From Clostridia bacterium (GTDB lineage: Bacteria > Bacillota > Clostridia > Oscillospirales > CAG-272), in the NCBI GenBank assembly GCA_017522125.1, contig JAFXAC010000059.1:1-58650 (forward strand): 58,650 nt of DNA, read 5' to 3'. Position numbers and translations under genes: made by a program. Position 1 is the stretch's first letter. Each line of letters begins with the position of its first letter. The notes under the pieces were generated by a model. The model searched no databases and had not been told where the DNA came from. It saw only the letters and a list, made by a program, of their open reading frames with translations. Below, one piece after another: positions 51,978 to 58,650 of this stretch.

Positions 51978-53546
51978 AAAACGCAAAGCGTTTTCTATCG
52001 CTTCGTTCAGCTCGTCGGCGGTGACCGAGCCCTGCTGAGTAAAGGTGATAACGCCCTCTGCGTTGATAACGACCGTCATCGGGTAGCTTCCCATTCCGCC
52101 GAGGATATCGTAGTAGGAAAGTCCGTTTATCTGGCGGTCCTGACAGAATTTTATCGCGTAGTCGGCGTATTTCGTCTGCGCCGCGCTGAGGTCTGCCCCG
52201 TTATTTATGAAGTCCTGAACTATCTCGCCCTCGTAAATGTACGAATGCACGGCAATTATCTGCACGTCGTCGCCGTAGTGGAACGCCGCCTCGTTAAAGT
52301 GCGGAAGCTCGGCAAGACACGGGCCGCAGGACGTGTACCAGAAATTGAGAACGGTCACCTTGCCGCGCAGATCCTTGATATTTAACACCTCGCCCGCCGC
52401 CGTGCCGTTTGAGGCGTAGGCGGTAAGGTCCTGCTCGTAGCAAAGACTTCCGACGGTATTGCCGTACGCCACCTCGCTGTCCGTGGGGGGCGCGGGCGGC
52501 TCTACGGTCGGCACCTTGTCGATGAAGTTGTAGTAGATGAGCGCGGCGGCAAGGAGTGCCGTAGCAAGCACGCCGCCGACTGCCTTGACTATCCTCATAC
52601 GCTTTTGGCGCTTGGCTTCAACGGCTTCCTTTTGCTCAGCCGTTGACTCGTCGCTGTCGAGAACGGCAACGTCGCTCGGCGCAAGCACGAAGCGCGAGCC
52701 CTTCCACTGGATAGCCTTGGTTGCGCAGTACTCCATACATTCGCCGCAGGAGATGCACTCGCGGTCACCGACCTTTCTTACGTCGAGCTTGCATTTGCTA
52801 ACGCAAAGTCCGCAATGCGTGCATTTCGACTCTTCAAGCTTGATACCGAACAGGCAGAACTTGTTGAAAAGGCCGTATATCGCGCCCATTGGGCAGAAAA
52901 AGCGGCAGAAAAAGCGGTAAATAAATACCGAAGCTACCACAAAGCCGACGAGAAGCACGAATTTCCAAGTGAAAAGCGGGCCGAGCATTCCAAGCTGAGA
53001 TTCGTTTGCGCTGTTGGAGAGCAGACCTACCGCGCCCTCAAGCGTGCCCGCGGGGCAGATGTACTTGCAAAAGCCGGGAAGCGGGAAATTCCGTCCCGCA
53101 AAAAGGAGAGGAATTGCGATAACGAACACCGCAAGGATTATGTATTTAAGGTACGAAAGCACGCGCGTCACGCGGTTCTTTTTCAGCTTCGGCGTTTTTA
53201 TTTTATAAAGAAGGTCCTGAATGAAGCCGAAGGGGCAAAGGAAGGAGCATATCCAGCGTCCGAACATCAGTCCGTAGAGCATAATTATGCCGAAAATGTA
53301 AAAAGGAAGCGTTTTTCCGCTGCTTGCAAGCGCGTTTTGGAGCGCGCCAAGCGGGCAGGCGGCGGACGCGCCGGGGCAGGAATAGCAGTTTATGCCGGGG
53401 GCGCACATTGCCTTAAGGTCGCCCTGATATATCTTTCCGTTGCCAAATCCCTTGAGATTTGCGTTAAAGAGCAGAGCCGCGTAAAGCTGAACGTATCTGC
53501 GCTTCGTCGGGCGGTGGTCATAGAGCCATTTAGTAAGCTTATTCAT
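51972..53546 (-). CDS. Membrane polyferredoxin (NapH/MauN-like, 2x[4Fe-4S]) fused via a TM helix to a TlpA/ResA-like thioredoxin domain
   Basis: CPxG-containing TM helices (CPFG, CPAG, CPMG). Ferredoxin motifs CTHCGLCVSKC and CISCGECMEYC. An additional TM segment (VGGVLATALLAAALIYY). C-terminal redoxin fold with VTVLNFWYTSCGPC. Confidence 0.75.
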   Translation of the reverse strand: MNKLTKWLYDHRPTKRRYVQLYAALLFNANLKGFGNGKIYQGDLKAMCAPGINCYSCPGASAACPLGALQNALASSGKTLPFYIFGIIMLYGLMFGRWICSFLCPFGFIQDLLYKIKTPKLKKNRVTRVLSYLKYIILAVFVIAIPLLFAGRNFPLPGFCKYICPAGTLEGAVGLLSNSANESQLGMLGPLFTWKFVLLVGFVVASVFIYRFFCRFFCPMGAIYGLFNKFCLFGIKLEESKCTHCGLCVSKCKLDVRKVGDRECISCGECMEYCATKAIQWKGSRFVLAPSDVAVLDSDESTAEQKEAVEAKRQKRMRIVKAVGGVLATALLAAALIYYNFIDKVPTVEPPAPPTDSEVAYGNTVGSLCYEQDLTAYASNGTAAGEVLNIKDLRGKVTVLNFWYTSCGPCLAELPHFNEAAFHYGDDVQIIAVHSYIYEGEIVQDFINNGADLSAAQTKYADYAIKFCQDRQINGLSYYDILGGMGSYPMTVVINAEGVITFTQQGSVTADELNEAIENALRFQ

Positions 53547-53557
53547 ATCCTACCCCC

Positions 53558-54304
53558 TTATCCAAGACCGATACACTCGGTGCATATCGCGATAGCCTTC
53601 GCAAGCACGTCGGCAAGTCCGCCGTTAAGTGCGCCAACAACGATAAACACCGCGGCAATCACAAGCACGGCGGCTCTGACGGCAAAAATCACCCTCGTGT
53701 TCTTCTTCAGCTTCTCCACTACCTCGCGCTTGGGCGCGGCTTCAAGAGCCGCTATCTCACGAAGCACGCTTGCCCTTGCTATCGAGGCTATCACCACACC
53801 CACGCCGAGCGCGACGCTGACACAGGGCAAAAGGAGCTTCATAAACGCGATGATGGAAGGATTGGGATTTTGCGCGTCAAGATAGAAATTATCCGTATTC
53901 AGCATATAAATAACGCTCGGAACGGCGCAAAGCGTCCATATTGCCGCGCCGACGGCAAAAAGCACGCGGCGGTATTTCACCTCGCGGCGCGCACCGTCCG
54001 TCATCTCGCGGCGCAGGCGCAGGCGCGTCAGCTTTTCGGAGATGCTCGGTGAGGCAAGCGTTTTTTTGCCGCTGGGCATAAAAACAGCAAGTGCAAAGCC
54101 GCCGATTATCGCGCCAAGGCAGATGAAAACGGGGATCCTTATCACGTCAAATTGCGCACCTATGCTCTCGTAGGTAAAGGGGCGAGCGCCGCTTTTATAT
54201 ATGGCAACGCAGGACACGGCAAAGCACACGCCGACCGCCACCACCAGCACCGAAAGGCAGATGCCGTATATCAGACGTATTCTCGATTTTATTTTTTCAG
54301 ACAT
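53558..54304 (-). CDS. Polytopic membrane protein ending in a CTEC (CxxC) motif
   Basis: About 6 TM helices. The last 12 aa are AIAICTECIGLG. It lies 11 nt upstream of the polyferredoxin gene on the same strand. Confidence 0.5.
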   Translation of the reverse strand: MSEKIKSRIRLIYGICLSVLVVAVGVCFAVSCVAIYKSGARPFTYESIGAQFDVIRIPVFICLGAIIGGFALAVFMPSGKKTLASPSISEKLTRLRLRREMTDGARREVKYRRVLFAVGAAIWTLCAVPSVIYMLNTDNFYLDAQNPNPSIIAFMKLLLPCVSVALGVGVVIASIARASVLREIAALEAAPKREVVEKLKKNTRVIFAVRAAVLVIAAVFIVVGALNGGLADVLAKAIAICTECIGLG

Positions 54305-54366
54305 TTAAGACCTCTTGATTTAAGATATCTAAATTATACCATAAAGGAAAAATTTCGTCAATCTTT

Positions 54367-55251
54367 TTATTTTGATTCCTCGCGCTCCGCGTAAAAAAGA
54401 TACTGCTGTGCAAGCCCCGCGAAATCGCCGAGGGCGGCGGGGTCAAAGCCGTATTTTTCAATAACGCGGCGTATCCACACGTCAACGGGGAATGCGTCAA
54501 GCTTGCCAAAGCCGAAAAGGAGCGTGCAGGCGGCGACCTTCGGACCTACGCCCGATATCTCTTCAAGCATTTTGGAAGCCTCGGCAGTTGGGGCGGCATA
54601 TATCTCGCTAAAGGATATCCGACCGTCGCACACACGTCTTGCGGCGTCGTATATGTATTTTGCGCGAAAACCCGTTTTCAGCTCGCGGAGCACGTCCACC
54701 CCCGCCGCGCAGATAGTCTCGGGCGTGGGGAAGGTGTACTCGGTCGCACGCGCGCCGTGCGAGAGCATATCCGACGCGTCTATCGGCTCGCCAAGGCGCT
54801 CGCAAAGGGCGCGGATAAGAGATTTGATGCGCGGAATATTGTTGTTTTGCGAAATAATGAAGGAGCAAAGCGCTTCCCACGCGTCCTGACGCAGTATGCG
54901 AATGCCGCGACCGACCTCGGCGGCGTAGGATAGGCGCGGCGCGTCCGAGTGGGCAAGGATATCGCGCCTTATCGCCGCCATATCCGCGTCAAGCGCGAAA
55001 TATCCGCGCCAGATATTATAAAAATCCGCCTCGTCAGCGCCGTATATGATTATCTCGTCGCCGTCCTGCGCCAGCGAAATATAGCGTCCGTGCGCGACTC
55101 CGCCGTACTCCACGGCGTGGGCGCTTCCCTCGACCTTGTCAAAGCGGAACGCCTGACCGCACTCAAAAATCGCGCAAACGTCGAAAAAATCCACGCCGCG
55201 AAGCCTTACGCTTTGCTTGTTGAAATATATTTTGTCCGAAATGGTCTGCAT
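54367..55251 (-). CDS. ogg: 8-oxoguanine DNA glycosylase (OGG1-type, HhH-GPD superfamily)
   Basis: HhH-GPD region ISGVGPKVAACTLLFGFGKLDAFPVDVWIRR with the catalytic Lys and Asp in OGG1-like positions. N-terminal OGG_N-like domain. Confidence 0.78.
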   Translation of the reverse strand: MQTISDKIYFNKQSVRLRGVDFFDVCAIFECGQAFRFDKVEGSAHAVEYGGVAHGRYISLAQDGDEIIIYGADEADFYNIWRGYFALDADMAAIRRDILAHSDAPRLSYAAEVGRGIRILRQDAWEALCSFIISQNNNIPRIKSLIRALCERLGEPIDASDMLSHGARATEYTFPTPETICAAGVDVLRELKTGFRAKYIYDAARRVCDGRISFSEIYAAPTAEASKMLEEISGVGPKVAACTLLFGFGKLDAFPVDVWIRRVIEKYGFDPAALGDFAGLAQQYLFYAEREESK

Positions 55252-55348
55252 TTTGCTTTTTATCCTTGATATATCATAAATTTTCTGCTATAATTAACTA
55301 CGTATACATTATACAATAAAATACGACGGATTTCAAGACGGAGTTAAT

Positions 55349-56053
55349 ATGAATCAGATATACACCATACCGATAAACGAGCATTTTGATATGAGCCGCG
55401 ACGATCACTCCTGCGGCTGTCCCGTTTGCTCGCTCCTGCGCATGCTTGAGGAAAACGAGCTTGAGCTGATACTCGGCGCGTCGATGATGGAGCCCGACGT
55501 GCGCATACAGACCAATAAGCTTGGCTTTTGCGCGACGCACAGCAATATGATGTTCGAGCGCAAGAACCGCCTCGGAATGGCGCTTACGCTTGAGAGCCAC
55601 CTTGCCGAGATACGCCGCGATATAGCGGACAAGCCGCTTCTCGTCACGGGTTACCCCGCACGCGCACGCCTTGCCGAGCTTGAGGAGAGCTGCTACGTCT
55701 GCGGCAGGATAAACGCAAATTTCACGCTACTTATCGACAACCTTATATATCTTTGGGGAACGGACGAGGCATTCAGGGAGAAGTTCTCCGCACAGCCCTA
55801 TTTCTGCCTGCCGCACTCCCGCGCTATGCTTGAGGTCGCAAAGGCAAAGCTTTCCAAAAAGAGCTACGGCGAGTTCTCAAAGGCGGCGCAGGCGGTGGTG
55901 CTTCCGTACTTCGACTCGCTTTGCGAGGACGTTTCGTGGTTCTGCAAGAAGTTCGATTACCGCTACGACGACGAGCCGTGGGGCAATTCCAAGGACGCGG
56001 TGGAGAGGGCGATGAAGTTTTTACGCTCCGATCTGCACAGAAAAAACAAATAA
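55349..56053 (+). CDS. Uncharacterised Cys/His-rich protein with an internally duplicated CxxC...FCxxH module
   Basis: Module 1 CGCPVC...(36 aa)...FCATH. Module 2 CYVC...(39 aa)...FCLPH. No TM segment. I suspect membership of an uncharacterised DUF family but could not verify it. Confidence 0.55.
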   Translation: MNQIYTIPINEHFDMSRDDHSCGCPVCSLLRMLEENELELILGASMMEPDVRIQTNKLGFCATHSNMMFERKNRLGMALTLESHLAEIRRDIADKPLLVTGYPARARLAELEESCYVCGRINANFTLLIDNLIYLWGTDEAFREKFSAQPYFCLPHSRAMLEVAKAKLSKKSYGEFSKAAQAVVLPYFDSLCEDVSWFCKKFDYRYDDEPWGNSKDAVERAMKFLRSDLHRKNK

Positions 56054-56094
56054 AGGAATAATTTTCTCAAAATGACAAATAATAGAGGTGTGAA

Positions 56095-56655
56095 ATGATA
56101 GATCTTTTGTCGCTCCACAAGCAATTTATACTCACGCATCTCGGCGAGGGGGACGTTTGCGCCGATTTTACTATGGGAAACGGCTACGACACCGAATTTC
56201 TCTCCAAAACCGTCGGCGAGCGCGGAAAGGTCTACGCCTTTGACGTTCAAGCGCAGGCGGTGGAGTCCACGCGCACGCGCCTTCGTGAGGTCGGCTGTCC
56301 CGACAACTACACGCTGATACTCGACTCCCACCACAACGCCGCGAAATACGTTACCGAGCCGATAAAGGCGGGAATGTTCAATCTCGGCTGGCTACCCGGC
56401 GGCGACAAGAGCATCACCACGATGCGCGAGACCACGATGCCCGCAATAGAGACGGCAATATCGCTTCTCGGCGAGGACGCGGTGCTGACCGTTGCGGTCT
56501 ATCCAGGTCACCCCGAGGGAGATGCAGAGGGCAAGATGATAGAGGAATATCTTTCCTCGCTGTCGCGCTTTAAGCTCTGCGTTACAAAAATAAAAATCGT
56601 AAATTCACCCACGTCCCCTTATTTTTTCCTTATCGAAACCAAGGCAAAAAAATAA
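56095..56655 (+). CDS. mnmM: Class I SAM-dependent methyltransferase, YtqB/MnmM family (tRNA mnm5s2U34 methyltransferase-like)
   Basis: Close block-by-block resemblance to B. subtilis YtqB as I recall it: GEGD...D.TMGNG.DT.FL, G.VYAFD.Q, FNLG.LPGGDKSITT, Y.GHPEG. Confidence 0.75.
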   Translation: MIDLLSLHKQFILTHLGEGDVCADFTMGNGYDTEFLSKTVGERGKVYAFDVQAQAVESTRTRLREVGCPDNYTLILDSHHNAAKYVTEPIKAGMFNLGWLPGGDKSITTMRETTMPAIETAISLLGEDAVLTVAVYPGHPEGDAEGKMIEEYLSSLSRFKLCVTKIKIVNSPTSPYFFLIETKAKK

Positions 56656-56691
56656 AAGGGCATATAAATATTAAAGAAAGGAGGCGCAAAA

Positions 56692-58422
56692 ATGACGGGA
56701 AAGGACAGGATGGTCGCCGACCTCAAGGCACAGCACGAGGCAAACCGAAGAGAATACGAGGACAAGCAAAGAAAGGCGAGGATAGACGCAAAGGAGCCGA
56801 TAGTAGACCCTGCGCTTTTTACGCATCTTGAAAACAACCGCCGTGCCGCGCCCCCACAACAGCAACAGCCTCAGCCGCAAGCACCGAGCGTGCCGAGAAA
56901 AGCTCCCGCCGCACCGCGCACAGCGCCGCAGGCGCAGAGCGCACGCCCCGCCCACAAAAAAGCTCCGCGCCGCGAGGGTGCGCCCATAAGCCCCGAGGCG
57001 GCTCGCGCCGCCGCCGCACGCCGCGCCGCCGAGGAGGAAAGGCGCAAGCGCGAAAAGGCTGAAAAAGAAAAGAAAAAGGAAGAAAAAAAGAAGTCCGTGC
57101 TTGCCATAAGGCACGCGGTAATGGGATATTTCGGCATTTCCATATGCATTCTGCTCATCATTTGCGGCATTGCCGCCAGCATTTTTCTGCTCGGGCTTAC
57201 CTCGCACGACGAGGCAGAGACGTTGCCCGACAAGCTGATCTATTATGCGGGCAAGGACAAGACCTCTCTGCCGTATTCATCGGTATATATTGGCGGAAAA
57301 TACTTCGTTAATATGACGGATATCGCCGCACGCGCAGGTCTTACCATGAGTGGCGACAGCGAGAGTATGGTATTCTCCGCGCCGCCGAATGAAAAGGCGA
57401 TATTCACCGTCGGCGCGGGCCACGCCCTCGTAAACGGCGTGAGCGTCAATATGGGCGCGCCGTGCTTTTTGCGCGACGGCTCGCTGTGGGTGAGCGCCGA
57501 TTTTGCCGACAGATATATCAGCGGTGTCAGCGTCACCCTCTCGGACGACAAAACCACGCTGACGGTGGAGATAGGCGAGGCTTGCTCGTTCCTTCTTAAA
57601 AACGAAGCTCCGCTTGACACGCCCACCGTGGACGACCTTCCGCCCTCGGTGGTGATACTGCCAAGCGACACGCCGCGCTACGAATTCACCAACGACCTTT
57701 CGTCCTATTACAAGTACATGGACCCCGCCGACCGCGACGCGTTTTTACTGCTTATCAACCCGTCGCGCCCCTTTGACGCGACCTACGAGCCGCCCGACCT
57801 TACGAGCGTTCTGAACGTCAAAAAGGGCAAAAACTACACGATGTCGCTCTACGCGGAAAAGGCACTTGAGGCACTTTTCGTAGAGATGTACGCCGCGGGC
57901 TACACCGACGTGGTGGTAACTATGGCGTATCGCTCCTACGAGGCACAGGAAAAGCAGTTCAACACATACGTTTACAACGAAAGATATTACTACCGCACGA
58001 ATTTTGAAGCAACGGGAAAATGGTTCAGCGACGCGGCGTACAAGGCCCTCGGCGAGAGCTATATCAAGGAAAAATATATCTCAAAGGGAAAGACCACGCT
58101 GACAAAGGAGGACGCCGAGCGCGTCGTCAGATCGTATTCCGCCGCCCCGGGCACGGGTGACCACCAGACGGGATTTTCCTGCGATATGCACAATCTGTCC
58201 TCTACGTCGGTGAAGTTTGAGAAGGAGGAGGCATACGCGTGGCTTCTTGAAAATGCGCACAAATTCGGCTTTATACAGCGTTATCCCAAGGACAAGGAAA
58301 AGATAACGGGAATGAGCTTTGAGCCGTATCATTGGCGCTTCGTAGGTCAGTACCACGCGGCAGTTATGCGTGAAAACGGACTCTGCCTTGAGGAGTACGT
58401 AGCACTGTTAGAAAAGGAGTGA
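56692..58422 (+). CDS. Membrane-anchored M15B (VanY-type) D,D-carboxypeptidase with a copper-amine-oxidase-N-like stalk domain
   Basis: Lys/Glu/Pro/Ala-rich cytoplasmic N-terminus and one TM segment. Stalk domain (YIGGKYFVNMTDIA...). C-terminal VanY core (SAAPGTGDHQTGFSCDM...FEPYHWRFVG). Confidence 0.75.
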   Translation: MTGKDRMVADLKAQHEANRREYEDKQRKARIDAKEPIVDPALFTHLENNRRAAPPQQQQPQPQAPSVPRKAPAAPRTAPQAQSARPAHKKAPRREGAPISPEAARAAAARRAAEEERRKREKAEKEKKKEEKKKSVLAIRHAVMGYFGISICILLIICGIAASIFLLGLTSHDEAETLPDKLIYYAGKDKTSLPYSSVYIGGKYFVNMTDIAARAGLTMSGDSESMVFSAPPNEKAIFTVGAGHALVNGVSVNMGAPCFLRDGSLWVSADFADRYISGVSVTLSDDKTTLTVEIGEACSFLLKNEAPLDTPTVDDLPPSVVILPSDTPRYEFTNDLSSYYKYMDPADRDAFLLLINPSRPFDATYEPPDLTSVLNVKKGKNYTMSLYAEKALEALFVEMYAAGYTDVVVTMAYRSYEAQEKQFNTYVYNERYYYRTNFEATGKWFSDAAYKALGESYIKEKYISKGKTTLTKEDAERVVRSYSAAPGTGDHQTGFSCDMHNLSSTSVKFEKEEAYAWLLENAHKFGFIQRYPKDKEKITGMSFEPYHWRFVGQYHAAVMRENGLCLEEYVALLEKE

Positions 58423-58495
58423 AATCCACCTTCGGTGGGTGAAATACGGCTTCGCCGTGTGAAATATTTTGCTTCGCAAAATGTTAAGGAAAAAA
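58419..58495 (+). repeat. GTGAAAT-word / mini-hairpin array (forward) starting at the stop codon of the M15 gene
   Basis: Words at 58419, 58439 and 58459 (20/20 spacing) with hairpins CCACC-ttc-GGTGG, CGGC-ttc-GCCG and TTGC-ttc-GCAA. Ends in GTTAAGGAAAAAA. The TGA at 58420-58422 is the stop codon. Confidence 0.85.
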
Positions 58496-58525
58496 GCGGA
58501 AGAAACGTGAGTTTCTTCCGCTTTT
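58496..58525. terminator. Bidirectional terminator
   Basis: GCGGAAGAAAC-gtga-GTTTCTTCCGC followed by TTTT, preceded by AAAAAA. Confidence 0.8.
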
Positions 58526-58650
58526 AATTTTCTGCAAATAATTCGCTTATCGAAACGCCGAAAAGCTCGGCAAGCTTGGGAATTAGAGTGATGTCAGGTG
58601 AGTTTGCCGAGGTTTCCCACTTGGAAACCGCTTGACACGTTACGCCGAGC
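58524..58650 (-). CDS. XRE-family HTH regulator, C-terminal fragment (5' end outside the window)
   Basis: The reverse translation reads ...LGVTCQAVSKWETSANSPDITLIPKLAELFGVSISELFAEN*, the recognition helix and C-terminal part of a Cro/C1-type HTH. Confidence 0.6.
   Translation of the reverse strand, partial: LGVTCQAVSKWETSANSPDITLIPKLAELFGVSISELFAEN

Noticed and set aside
1-58650. Prophage, IS element, integron or other autonomous mobile element; rRNA or tRNA genes
   Set aside because: I recognised no integrase, transposase, recombinase, phage structural or reverse-transcriptase genes. No intergenic segment showed tRNA T-loop (GGTTCGAATCC-like) or rRNA signatures. A tRNAscan/Infernal run would be needed to exclude small RNAs formally.

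Overview
A 58.6-kb chromosomal segment that looks like a GC-rich Firmicutes/Clostridia genome. This is inferred from AGGAGG-type RBSs, near-consensus TTGACA-17-TATAAT promoters and the gene content (nrdDG, LCP, BspA-type LRR lipoproteins, PepF). I call about 49 protein genes, mostly housekeeping or cell envelope: asnS, recA-recX, fba, nrdG-nrdD-trxB-like, pepF, mltG, capD-like, LCP, ogg, mnmM-like, an ECF sigma/anti-sigma pair and an ABC/GldG-type exporter module. I found no rRNA, tRNA, CRISPR array, transposase or integrase. The features worth a second look are: (1) two families of intergenic arrays that alternate a conserved 7-nt word (GTGAAAT, or ATATCGA/TCGATAT) with variable mini-hairpins; they sit between stop codons and terminators at seven loci, and the gene's TGA stop is often part of the first unit. 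(2) An nrdD with a C-terminal glutaredoxin-like CPKC domain, followed by a TrxB-like flavoprotein lacking the NADPH HRR motif. (3) NrdR-box pairs in front of nrdD and, unexpectedly, in front of an uncharacterised small membrane protein. (4) A tight operon of three SPFH (HflK/C-like) proteins plus a P1B-like ATPase with no metal-binding domain. (5) A membrane polyferredoxin fused to an extracytoplasmic TlpA-like thioredoxin, with a CxxC membrane partner. (6) An orphan mazF, a low-GC islet, a terminator-containing leader upstream of a CNNM/CorC gene, and a surface protein with a Cys-containing C-terminal sorting-like tail. All functional calls come from motif recognition by eye; no database search was run.
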